Source of the DNA: Azolla caroliniana
Taxonomy: Eukaryota > Plantae > Polypodiophyta
Direction of reading: 5' to 3'
Assembly: GCA_043228905.1 (NCBI GenBank)
Contig: JBHGNT010000011.1
Coordinates: forward strand, 2,542,001 to 2,606,000
DNA: 64,000 bases
Every line of letters starts with the position of its first letter. Positions within the stretch are counted from its first letter, which is position 1. Under the pieces are notes generated by a model, which did not search any database, was not told the DNA's origin, and was given only the letters and a program-made list of their open reading frames with translations. This document shows positions 50,965 to 64,000 of this stretch, one piece after another. The position numbers were made by a program, and so were the translations under genes.

Positions 50965-53599
50965 AATTAGGCTTAGTGTATAGTCACTTTCGAGTATACT
51001 ACATATTGTACACTACTAGAACTCTTTTAGTTTAAGTTCTATTTTTTTACTTAATTTTATTTTAGTTATGATGACTGGATAAATACTCTATTGTTGTAAA
51101 CCAATTGTCTCATGGGCCAAATTTGGCCTTAGAAGACGTTAATACATCTTTCTTTCTTTCTTTCTATATAATCTTGAAATGCTTAGGATTGCTAATTTTG
51201 TAAACAAAACATTTATTTTAAGAATTATTTGGTTTTCTTTTTTTCACATGTAATTTTTCAATTGATTTTTACAATCTTGCATCTTTAAATTGTATTATAA
51301 CAACTTTAGCTTTTGTGGAAATTTTATTGTTCCTTTTTTTGGTTTCTTTTTATTTCACTTTGATTTCTGTATAGCCTTGTATATATTATCATGTTAATTA
51401 TATATTCAAAACTTCGGTCTATGAATTTTCTTTGCAAGGATACCCCAAAAATCAGATTAATTGAGGGTCTTGTGGAAATATTGTCACTTGATCGATGATA
51501 AATCAAGTGTTTGTGGTGAAGAGGGGGAGGAGGAAGGGGAGGAGGAGGAGGATGTAGGAAATAATGATGCCGAAAACATGAGGGAAAGGTGACATTGCAA
51601 ACATGAAGGTTCTTAGTTTAGTACCATATCAGTTTATAATGATGTTTGTATGTGTATGTGTATGTGTATGCATGTGCGTGCGTGTATGTGTATTTGCATA
51701 TGCATGTCCATGGTTGTGTTTGTATGCATGTATGAATGCATGCACACATGCATTTGTAGCATTCTCTCACATGTTGTTTTTGCCATGTTACTCTGTATAT
51801 TTGCTATTGTCATTTCACATGAAAGACTAGCTCTTTCGGTCTTGAGAAACCTCATGCAGGTTCAAGAAGTGATTGACAATAGAGGCTAGAGACTCTAGTG
51901 ACAATCGAACAAGAGTTTGTTGTGATTTGTGCAAGCTTTCGTGCGAATGCAAGCTCGAATCCACATCTACCATCATCTAAAAAAGAAAAACGGCGGACCA
52001 ATACAACTTCTAAAGAGCGTATGCCATACCATTTGAATCTCAACCAACCAACATTGAGGTGCACATAAAAAACACTTAATTTATTTTGTGATATCTTTGC
52101 CAGAAAGGTCATAGAGCTTGTTGATATGTGTTATATTAACGATAATTTTAATCTGCTAACCCAAACATGAAGTTCCATTCACTTGTTTCGTTTCCAAATT
52201 TCTTTGCTAGATGAACAAATTTCGTTTCCAAATTTTTTTGCTATTCAAGGTGGCACAATAACATATGAACAATGGAAGAGATTGAAGCATGTGTTTATTT
52301 GGGCAAGAAATGACATATATGAGTGTGTTGACCTTGAATAGTTCTTGCAATCTTGGAGTTTCCTTTGAAACTATAAGGAAGTAGGCTTCGTTAATTCAAG
52401 CTTCCGACATTAATGGCTTGTAGAAAAGTGAGCTCATTGAGACATATATAGTAATATGAAAACCATTAGGCATGCATCCATACACGGTTATAAATATATA
52501 CACATACATAGTTATGTGTTGCATATATATTATGGATCACATAAGTTGATGTTATTGTGCACATGATCACTTAGGAGATGAAGGTATAATGATTGATGCT
52601 TCTTGATTATTACTCTATATCTTTTGTTTGCTGCAAATTTTATTATGGACCAAAAAAGTTGATCTTATTGTGCATGGGATCAAGATTGTAGCATTACTTA
52701 AGAGGTGAAGGTATAATGATTCATGCTCTTGATTATTACTCTACATCTTTTGTTTGCAACTATCATTTTGATTGTGTTATTTCATTAGAACAATATATTA
52801 ACCTTTGGTTTCTTATTGTTACTCTATAGGTTTTCAACTTATTGAAAGATGGTGCTCGACAAAGAAGTAAAGCGTGTTTTTTTTGTGTGTCGGTTTGCAA
52901 ATGTCGGATTTCATAAGGACTATGATAAAGGGCATGTACATGAAGCTTGATCATATTTACATTGATGATAACCCAACAGTACTTTTCTTGCAAATTTCAA
53001 ATTAAATGTTCTTGATGTAAAGCTTTGTGGGTTCCAAAGCCTACTTACTTTGTTTTTGTTGTAGAGAGATTAATGGCTATGACTATGGAAGAGAATATGT
53101 TTTATAAGCTAAAAGTATTGCGTGCGAGTGATTGCATTGTAACAACTTAGGGACTCAAATGCTCAATTTTTCTTAGAGAAAAACTCAGTGTGTTTGTTGT
53201 AGCATTACACAGTTTTTATACAGTGAAGTTCTTGCTCAAGTTGAATGTTGTGAATGATTCTTGGACATCTCATAGTGTAGTATTCTTGTTATTATATATG
53301 CTCTTTTAGATATATTGTTTTTCACTTCTTGGAAGCCATGATATATGCATTGTTACATAGGCATGGAATGAAGATAACCTTTCATGCTTAGTGCTTAGAT
53401 GGTGATCCTTCTTCGAAGATGGTTTGAAGACACATATGCTCCACACTAACATACATACATCGACACATACAAACATATATTTTAAAAAAGAAATAAAGAG
53501 AAGATTTTTATTATTATTAAAAATAGTAAAAGCAAAATTTAATCTTTTCAAAACGTGTTGCACAATGATGGTATATAAGCAGCGCCAATAATGATGTGT

Positions 53600-53633
53600 T
53601 TTGGCATCACTACTAGCGTATTTTGTTGTAGTG
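53600..53633. mobile_element. Possible CACTA terminal inverted repeat (right end)
   Basis: TTTTGTTGTAGTG (= CACTACAACAAAA) at a sharp compositional boundary; partner end not found. Confidence 0.35.
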
Positions 53634-54856
53634 ACATGTATAAAACACGTTCACACATGCACATATATAGAATGCATGCACATATATAAAACACATATAC
53701 ACACACATACACACACATATCATTACACTTACATGCACATATAACACATAGATACATACACACATGCAATACAGTACAATACATGCATATATAAACATGG
53801 AATACAATACACTACATATGTACATTCACATGTAATACAATACATACATGTTAAAATACATACACATAACCTATACACAAAATATATACAACTGATGCAA
53901 TACACTACAATATATATATAAACACATGTATTGAACATACATGTGTTTTCTATGTAAGGGTATTTAAAATGAGTTGTTGTCAAAATATATATTTACATTA
54001 AGCGGTATTTTTATTAATTGTTTTTTTACAATAGGGTCTCTAAAATAATAAAAAACATACGTATAAGGGGTTTATAAAACATGTCATGAACACACGTGAT
54101 ACAACCTCTTTATATATAGTAGAGCCCCCGGGATTCTAGTATTAAGTGAATAGCTCCAACCCCTAACGCATTCACTCTTGCTTATTACATATTGAATTTC
54201 TTACATCTAAATGTTCAGTTTATCCCCTTCTCTCCTCCTTCCTTTTCACTTTATTCCCTCTCTTACTTTATCGATCCTCCACACTCACATTTCCCCCTCC
54301 TTGTTCATGTGTTCCCCTACTCCTCTCCGTCCCCTTATTCTTCCACACTTGCATGCCCCTTCTTAGCACTTGTGCACCCGCTTTTCCCACACTTGGCACG
54401 CCACATCACAACAACATAAACAAGAATGCGTAAAACACAGTTCGATATAACTTTCTTCATCTTGATCAAAATCACACATTCAATGCTACAAACGTATTGC
54501 ATGGGTTTCAATGATCAGGAAGTCACTCAAATTGATGAGAAAGGGTAATGGGAACAACATTCGAAGATGGACAAATTTTGTTTTAGCATGGATTTGAGAA
54601 TTTGTTTGGCGGTTCTCTTTTCCTCTTAGACAAACAAAATTGTGTTTGCTTGTGTTTCAAGTATTTGGTGGGGGGGGGGGGGGGGGGGGTCAAAGAAGCC
54701 TACAATAACCAAATACTTGCTTATCACACTTTGACTAGCTGCATTTAATTGACTCTGAGGCAGCGTTGGATTATATATAAATTTGTGAGTTGGGATCGAT
54801 TGTTCCATACAAATACGAGAGGATTGAAAGAGTGATCGGTTACTGTAGCAGCAGCT

Positions 54857-56408
<1,552 letters not shown>

Positions 56409-56483
56409 CTTAGACAATGTAACTTCGCAAATCATCATTAGCCCATTGCATTAGCACCCAACATAGCTCAATAATGGTGAAAT

Positions 56484-59400
56484 TGTAGGAAAAAAAGAGA
56501 AAGAGTAGATAGAAAGAAAAGGAGAAGAGAGAGAGAGAGATAATTGAGGGAAACAGAAAACACATTGTATTAATAGAATGCCCTAATAGTTATAACGTTG
56601 GTGGTGGCTTTATAAGACCACCACCGATACAGTTACGGTCCTAAGAACTATTAATTATTAGTATTTATTTATTTATTTTCGTTTATTATTTTCCACTCCC
56701 CCTAAGTGAAAATATCTAAAAGTGTAGACTTTCATCTTTGTCTTCAATTACATCAAATAATCCAACTTGCTTGCAACAAATAATGTGTTTAGAATGTTGA
56801 AGAGCTTTCGTTAGAAAATCGGCCCATATTTGATGAGGGGGAAAACTTTAGTTCTATCTTCTTTGTTTCAATGAGATTACGAAGAAAATGATGCTTCAAG
56901 TGCACATGACGAATATTGCCGCTCATCTTCGGATTGTTGGCTACCTTGATGCATGATTAATTTTCACAAAACAAGGTCATTGTTGGAATAGTAAATAATT
57001 TAAATTCTTCAAGCATAGATTTAATCCATATGCCTGCTTTAGCCGCTAAAGTCGCGACAACATATTCAACGTCGGTGGATGACAATGCTACGGTAGTTTG
57101 TTTCTTTGACTTCCAAGAAATTGCAACACTAGTGAGTGTGTAAACATAGCCACTTGTTGACTTGCGATCGTCCACATCTCCCCCCAATCAGAGTCCGACC
57201 AACCAATTAGTTGGCTAGAGGGATTTGTCCATCCTTGCACAAATGTGGTTGACTCAGATTGTGTAGCCAAGTAAGTCAACGCATAATGTTGAGTATGCTT
57301 CAAGTATCGTACTAATCTTTTAAGCGCGATCCAATGCTTTGGTCTTGGATTAGCCATGAAACGAGAAAGAAAACCGGTGGCAAAGCAAATATCGAGATGT
57401 GTGCAACTTACTAGATATCTTATACACCCAAGGATTTGTTTATAGGGTACAACCTTCATTTCGAAAATTTCTCGTTCATTTTTGGGAGAATCATCAATTG
57501 AAAGTTTACATGGAGAGGTTAGAGGAGTATTAATAGGCTTACTATGGAGCATATCAAATCTTTGGAGAATAGAATTAATATAATTTGATTGTGATAATGA
57601 GATAGTATGATTTGTTCTATTTTGATGCCTAGAAAATGTGTCATAGGGCCTAAATCAGTGATAGGAAAGACATATGCAAGTTCCTTCTTTGCAATAGTTA
57701 GATAAGATTTGGAATTAGAGATCAAGGGCAAATCATCAACATAGACACCTATGATAACTGTTGAGAGATCAAGCTCAACTTACTTTAGTTAGTTAGTCAA
57801 CCATATAACTTCATAATTACCTAGATAGAATCTAGTTAGAAGTGTTGACTATAATACAGGACTTACACCTTTGTACCTATATTCTCCTCACACATATGCA
57901 CCCTTGCACATGAGATCTATATATGCCTCATTGTGGGTATTTTTGTATTTGATGATGATAATGCTAATTTAATATAGAGTTACTCATCCCCCATCTTGTG
58001 TTGTTCATAAGTGTATCTCTCTCTCTCTCTCTCTTCCTCTCACACACATACACACACATATCACTTAATCTTCCGCTTATCAACTAATCACATAATTAGA
58101 TACTAATTAACCCGTTGTTAATCACCTAATTATTAACATGGTATGAGAGAGTGTGGTTTAGAAAATCCACTAAACCCATCCGCCTCTTCATAATTGTGTG
58201 TTCGAAATGCCGACGACAAATTCCGGCTATCCGCTATCGTAGTACCACTATGTAGCACAAGTACGTGATCGAAGGAAGAAAAGCAAAAGAAGAGAAGACA
58301 CTACATCAAAATAAACACACAAATGGGTAGCTCGCTCCCTAGTGAAAAGCTAGATCGGAGCAATTATTCATCTTGGGAGTACAAGATGACCCAATACCTC
58401 GTTAGACAAAGGTATTGGAGCCACATTAACGACGCTCAAGAAAATCAACCCGACTCAACATGGGAGCAAGCGGCCAATCGAGTCATGTATTGACTGGCAA
58501 CATGTGTCCACGACCACATGCTTAGCCACATCTGAGGCGCCAAGACGCCCAAAGAGGCGTGGGAGAACTTAAAGAAAATGTTCGCCGCCAACATGACCGC
58601 CCGAAAGCTTCAACTCTGACAAGAGTTGAACAACATTCGGCAAAAAGACATGTTCGTATCGGACTACACCACCAAGATCAAGAGCATTTGTGACTCACTT
58701 GGCTCCATCAAAATAAACGTCGACAAAGACGAGATGGTTCAAGTATGCTTGGGCGACCTTGCACAACGATTCGATCAATTACGGATGACAATCTTGGCGA
58801 GGGAAAACCCTCCTTTGTTCTTTGACCTCCAATCAATGTTATTGGTCGAAGAGAAAATGTCCAAACCAAGATGAAGACGTCGGAAGGACAAATGTTCTTC
58901 TCAAGTTCGGACAATGGCCGAGGACGAGGTCACGACTGAGGAGGTCATGGTAGTAGAAGAGGCCAATTCAACCCATCACACAAAGGGAACTCAAACCTTC
59001 ACGGAAGCCATCGAGGAACCTTCGGAAAAAGGGGGAGCTCCCATGCTGAACATGGTCGGCAAATGAGGCCCACAACTTGCAATTATTGCGGCAAAATCGG
59101 CTACCACGAGGAGGAGTGCCGAAAAAGAAGAAATGAGTAGGCTTCTACAAGTCGACAACTCACGAATTACGCCATCAACTCCGTGTACGATGATTACGGC
59201 GGACTATTCGTAATGAGGCATAGATCGAACTCTATGTCGGCCTCCGACTCTTGAAGCACCTCCAACTCGGAAGACATGTGGTTCGTCGATTCCGGCGCTT
59301 CACATCACATGACGTCACACCAAGAGTGGTTTCGTGACTTATGAATGCCGGACCGATCCGGCTTCATAGAGACGGGAGATGACACCACACATCCCATTCG

Positions 59401-61515
59401 GCACATCGGCAACGTTCCATTCGGCAATGATGGCAAGAACAATTGCATCAAGAATGTCTTGCATGTGCCCACGATAACGAAGAATTTGGTGTCGGTAGGC
59501 CAAATCGTGGAGCAAGGAATGGAAGTTTGCTTCAACAAAGAAGGATGCTTCATCGAGAAAGATGGTCGACTCATAGCGAAGGGGCAGAGAGATTGTCGCA
59601 TGTTCATCCTCGATTTGAACAAGGTGAAATCGGCCATGTATGCCAAAGGTCTCAAAATTGAGACAAGCATCGAGTTGTGGCACAAGAGAATTGGCCACAT
59701 AAACCTCCAACGGCTCCGAGCTATGTAATCAAAGGGAGTCGTCATTGGACTTTCGACATTCGAGTCGAAACGAGTCGACCGAGTATGCGAAGCGTGTCAA
59801 ATCGGCAAACAACATCTACTCCCATTCCCGAAGGAGAGCCACACGAGCAAAGGCCTCCTCGACATCATACACTCGGATGTATGGAGACCGGCTCAAATGC
59901 CGACGATCAGTGGATGCCAATTCTACGTCACCTTCATCAATGACTACTCGCGCTATGCGTGGATCTTCCCAATGAAGAAGAAGAGCGAAGTGTTCTCCCA
60001 CTTCCAAAAGCTCAAGGGCCAAGTCGAAAAAGAAATCGGTTAGAACATTCGATGCCTATGATCGGATGGAGGCAAGGAGTACTTCTCCGATGAATTCACC
60101 TCCTACCTCCAAAGTGAAGGCATTCGGAGAGAATTCTCATGCCGACACACACCCCAACAAAATGGAGTTGCCGAAAGGAAGAATCTGGAAATACTCGAGG
60201 TAGCATGCGCCATGATGCATGAGAAGCACATGTTGAACTTCTATTGGGCCGAACCGGCATCCACGGCCATCTATGTCATGAATCGATGCACCACTAATGG
60301 AGTGCATGAGCTAACTCCCTACGAGCTCCTCGTCGGAAGGAAGCCGGTCCTGTCGCACCTCAAGGTGTTCGGAAGCATTGTGAATGTACGCATCCCGAAC
60401 GAACAATGACAGAAGCCCGACGCGAAGTCAGAGAAATGTATCCTCATAGGATACTCGCCCGAGAAGAAGGCATACAAGTGCTACAACCCTTCTACCCGAG
60501 CAGTTCGGGTAAGTCGAGACGTAGTCTTCGACGAGTCCGCATCCTAGTACGCACTAGAGACAACTTCGACTCCGACTCCACTCGACCCGGAATCCGCCAA
60601 ACAAGAGGTAGAAGATGGAGACCGCTTCGAACACATGTTCCAAGAAAGTCCGATTACAGCAAGGCCTAGTGGGCCACAAGAGCCCCCACGTGACCCAAGC
60701 ACGTTGCGGCCAAGTATGATCTTGGACAAAGGCAAAGGTAAGATGCCCGAATACAAAGTCGATCACCTCGACGATAGTGATTCGAATGTGTCGGCTCCCT
60801 CACTAGATAGTGAGTTCGGTGTACCCATCATGCGGACACTCGGAGCAAAGAAGGCGCTCACATCGACGAGTGAAAAACTTCGACGCTCATCTAGAGCAAA
60901 GAACCCCGTCACTCGGCTCGCCTACAACAAGTACATGGCCCATCACTATCCCTTCGCAATGAAGGTAGATGCTGAACAAGAGCCTAGGAGCTCCACCGAA
61001 ACGGTTCGTAACCCACGATGGGTGGAAGTAGTTGACCTTCTCCCACACACTACAAGACTTTGTCACCGACTTGAGGGGGAGGACCCCAGATTGCCTCATA
61101 AAGACCGAAAAAAGCCGAAGGCCGGACGGAAGCACATGAAGCCGACGAAAGCCAAAGCGAATGTCGGACGCCTCACACTTGAGCTTGAGGGGGCGTGTTG
61201 AGAGATCAAGCTCAACTTAGTTTAGTTAGTTAGTCAACCATGTAACTTCATAGTTACCTAGATAGAATTTAGTTAGAAGTATTGACTATAACGCCTTAAA
61301 TAGGACCTTGTACTTAAGTGGGATATTCTAGATCCTTCACTCCCAAGTACATTTAATATAAGACTTACACCCTTGTGCCTATATTCTCTTCACACATGTG
61401 CACCCTTGCACATGAGATCTATATATGCCTCATTGTGGGTATTTTTGTATTTGATGATGATAATGCTAATTTAATATAGAGTTACTCATCCCCCATCTTG
61501 TGTTGTTCATAAGTG

Positions 61516-61557
<42 letters not shown>

Positions 61558-62296
61558 TCTCACACACATACACACACATATCACTTAATCTTTCACTTAT
61601 CAACTAATCACATAATTAGGTACTAATTAACCCGTAGTTAATCACCTAATTATTAACAATAACAAAATTGGATTTGTCTTTTCTAACATATATATTTGGC
61701 TCATTGTTTAGACAATGATATCCAACTTTTATAAGAAAATAGTGTAGTTTGTGATACCATATGCGTGGAGATTGCTTAAGGCCATAAATAGATTTACGAA
61801 GTCGACAAACATGTGTTGGATGACTTGGATCTTCAAAAAATTGTGGTTGTTGTAAATAAAGTTTTTCATCTAAATCTCCATGAAGAAAAGCCGTTTGTAC
61901 ATCCAGGTGATGCAACTCTAGATCATGTTGAGCGGCAAGAGCAACGAGCATTCGAAAACCACATATTTTTAGCTTTGGACTAAATGCATCTTGAAAATCA
62001 ATACCTGGTACTTGAGAAAATCCTCGAGCAACAACACAAGCCTTGAAGTGAATTGGATTACCATTACTATCTCGCTTTATGCGTAAGACTCATTTAGAAC
62101 CAATTATTTGACGATCTTTTGGAGGCTTAATGAGGGTCCATGTACCATTTTTAATTAAAGCCTTCATTTCTTATTCCATAGCCTTTCTCCATTTGATAGA
62201 ATCCGATCCGGAAAGTGTATCTTTGGCCAATAGATTTGTGTCATCACTAAGGGTTGGAATATCTTCTTCTTGTATATAAGCTTTTGAAGTTAAAAT
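56484..62296 (-). mobile_element. Degenerate Copia element K (RT-RH), 3' LTR 56484-56695, inserted in the AKR 3' UTR and split by J
   Basis: [32 protein letters not shown]; PPT AGGGGGAG. Confidence 0.8.
57759..61658 (+). mobile_element. Copia element J, RT/RH deleted; LTRs 57759-58138 and 61196-61658
   Basis: TSD ATAAC, PBS TGGTAT(G)AGAG, degenerate gag-PR-INT, PPT GAGGGGG. Confidence 0.92.
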
Positions 62297-63404
62297 CGTT
62301 GCCGGCCACAACCGGTTTTGCATGTGCGGAATAATAGTCAATCTAATGGAAAGGAAAAAACAGAATACAGAAACTGAGAATGACACAGATTTTAACGTGG
62401 AAACTCGAACTGGGAAAAACCACGTGGAGTCCACAAACTCTGAAACAGAACAGTATGAGAGAAAGGAATACAATCAAAGATCTCAGAGGCAACGACCTCG
62501 AGATCCTGCTTCGCCAACTGGTGGCTATGGAGCTCACACTCGTTCACTCTCACAGTTATAGAGGCAACAACCTCGTCAACAGTAACTTTACAATAACACA
62601 CTTATCTAACATGATTGCCCTAAGTATTTATATACTAATGTAACCTTTCGACTGTTTACAAACTTAGCCTTCCGTGTTGGCTATCTCCACGATTTCCGGT
62701 TTCAGCTGAGGCCTATCCGCCTTGGCTGAGTTGCTCATCAACACGGTTCTTCTCACTTCCCATCCAGAGGGACCTGTTTCCTAACAAAATCCCCCTTCAC
62801 TCTGGCATGGGCTGTCTTACTAGTCTGATCCGCTTTCGACATGCATCCAGCTTGTCGGGTATTAGTACTTTGGTTAGCATATCTGACCCATTCTCGGTCG
62901 TGTGGATCTTTGTCAGCGCGAACTCTCGATCTTCTACTCGCTCCCGGATCCAGTGATACCTACGCTGGATGTGCTTCGTCCTAGAATGGTATGTTGCGTT
63001 CTTAGCGAGGTGGATGGCACTTTGACTGTCGCAATAGAGCCGGTATTCATCTTGCCTGATACCGAGCTCTCCGATGAAGTCCTTCATCCATAATATTTCC
63101 TTGCTGGCTTCAACAACCGCCATGTACTCCGCCACCGTGGTTGACAACGCAACCGTCTTCTGCAACCTCGACTGCCACGAAACAGCTCCCCTTGCATATG
63201 TCATTACATACCCGGATGTAGACCAGCTGGTATCCACATCAGCCGACATATCCGAATCGGTAAAACCGTCAAGTTGAGGTTTACCGAAGCCAAATCGGAG
63301 ACACATATTCGAAGTGCCCTTCAAGTAACGGAGTATCCATTTGACCACGTTCTAGTGCTCCTTGCCGGGATTGCTCATAAACTGGCTCACCACTCCTACT
63401 ACGT
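62297..63404 (-). mobile_element. Copia element L (Tnt1-like RNase H ORF 62797-63348) with 3' LTR about 62297-62786
   Basis: WILRYLKGT, ALSTT.AEY, YCDSQSAIHLAKN; PPT AGGGGGATTT then TGTTAGG. Confidence 0.8.
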
Positions 63405-64000
63405 TGTCGTGAAGTACGAAAGCTTCACATTAAAAGTCTACAATAAGATAAATACGTAACTAAAATAACATTTTGATAATGTTTTATATATAAAGATAAT
63501 ATTAACAACACATATGATAATATTATATATATGTAAAGAAAAATAATATATATATATATATATTACACGAACAAGAGAGGACTTGAACCAATAACCCCAC
63601 CCTATGACTTTCAAATCTTACCATTTACTCTATACTAATAATATATATAAAATAAAGGATTTGCTTCATGATATAAAAATGACGTTACATGTTGTAAATT
63701 CAATAATATTTGAGATACTCGAACCCACAACCTCATATACCACAGTCAACACACCTACCATTAGGCTAGGTCCTTTATTTTTAAAACTATATTTTCATGG
63801 TTATTCTTATGCCATATATTTTTTCATACATGAAAGCTCAAATGATCGAGATGCCTATCATGCATCACATGTAATGCATGAACGCCAAATGGCGATCATG
63901 CATCACATGCATTTCATGCACTACATGCATGACTTGTACCCTCCAATGCATCATATGCATGGGGGCACCTATTTAAATGGTGAAAGAGAAGATGAAAGGG
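63405..64000 (+). mobile_element. Partial LTR M (C/D superfamily) with two antisense tRNA-like modules
   Basis: Starts TGTCGT after ACGT, terminal hairpin, CATGCA motifs and TATTTAAA at about 63970, organised like the C/D LTRs. Confidence 0.65.

Larger units (their letters stand above)
45337..51165 (+). mobile_element. Full-length LINE, RTEX-like, with (TTTC)n tail
   Basis: ORF1 plus ORF2 with APE-RT-CCHC; short tandem-repeat 3' tail; 5' boundary approximate. Confidence 0.85.

Noticed and set aside
51500-53600. Gene in the AT-rich interval with an approximately 90-bp direct repeat (52540-52760)
   Set aside because: No credible ORF or exon similarity; probably decayed TE interior
54105-54140. 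Helitron termini (TCTACTATATATAAA on minus; CCCGGG..CTAGT)
   Set aside because: No A/T target context, no convincing hairpin, no partner end or Rep/helicase

Overview
Eukaryotic, TE-dense plant DNA. The TE repertoire (Tcn1-like chromovirus, Phygy/Selgy-like Gypsy, RTEX-like LINE) suggests a non-seed land plant such as a fern; this is inference. Bases 1-27.6 kb are a five-level nest of LTR retrotransposons: Copia G > Copia F > non-coding element B > Gypsy C (plus Copia A) > Gypsy D and chromovirus E. It is followed by a complete hAT transposon (8-bp TSD) that has captured part of a DDX11/CHL1 helicase gene, a head-to-head pair of aldo-keto reductase genes (one intact ORF, one frameshifted), a GRP7-like retrocopy, a full-length LINE carrying a solo LTR, and more nested Copia/Gypsy elements. 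The most unusual signals are: (1) tRNA-like Pol III A/B-box modules embedded antisense in the U3 of three LTR types from two distant Gypsy lineages; (2) a non-coding LTR element with tRNA-Arg PBS-like motifs inside both LTRs, in opposite orientation and with no PPT at the expected site; (3) a tRNA-Trp-primed Gypsy family making 4-bp CpG-centred TSDs, with a -1 frameshift pseudoknot between protease and RT; (4) a Tf1-style self-priming signal in the chromovirus. All coordinates were read by eye and may be off by a few bases.
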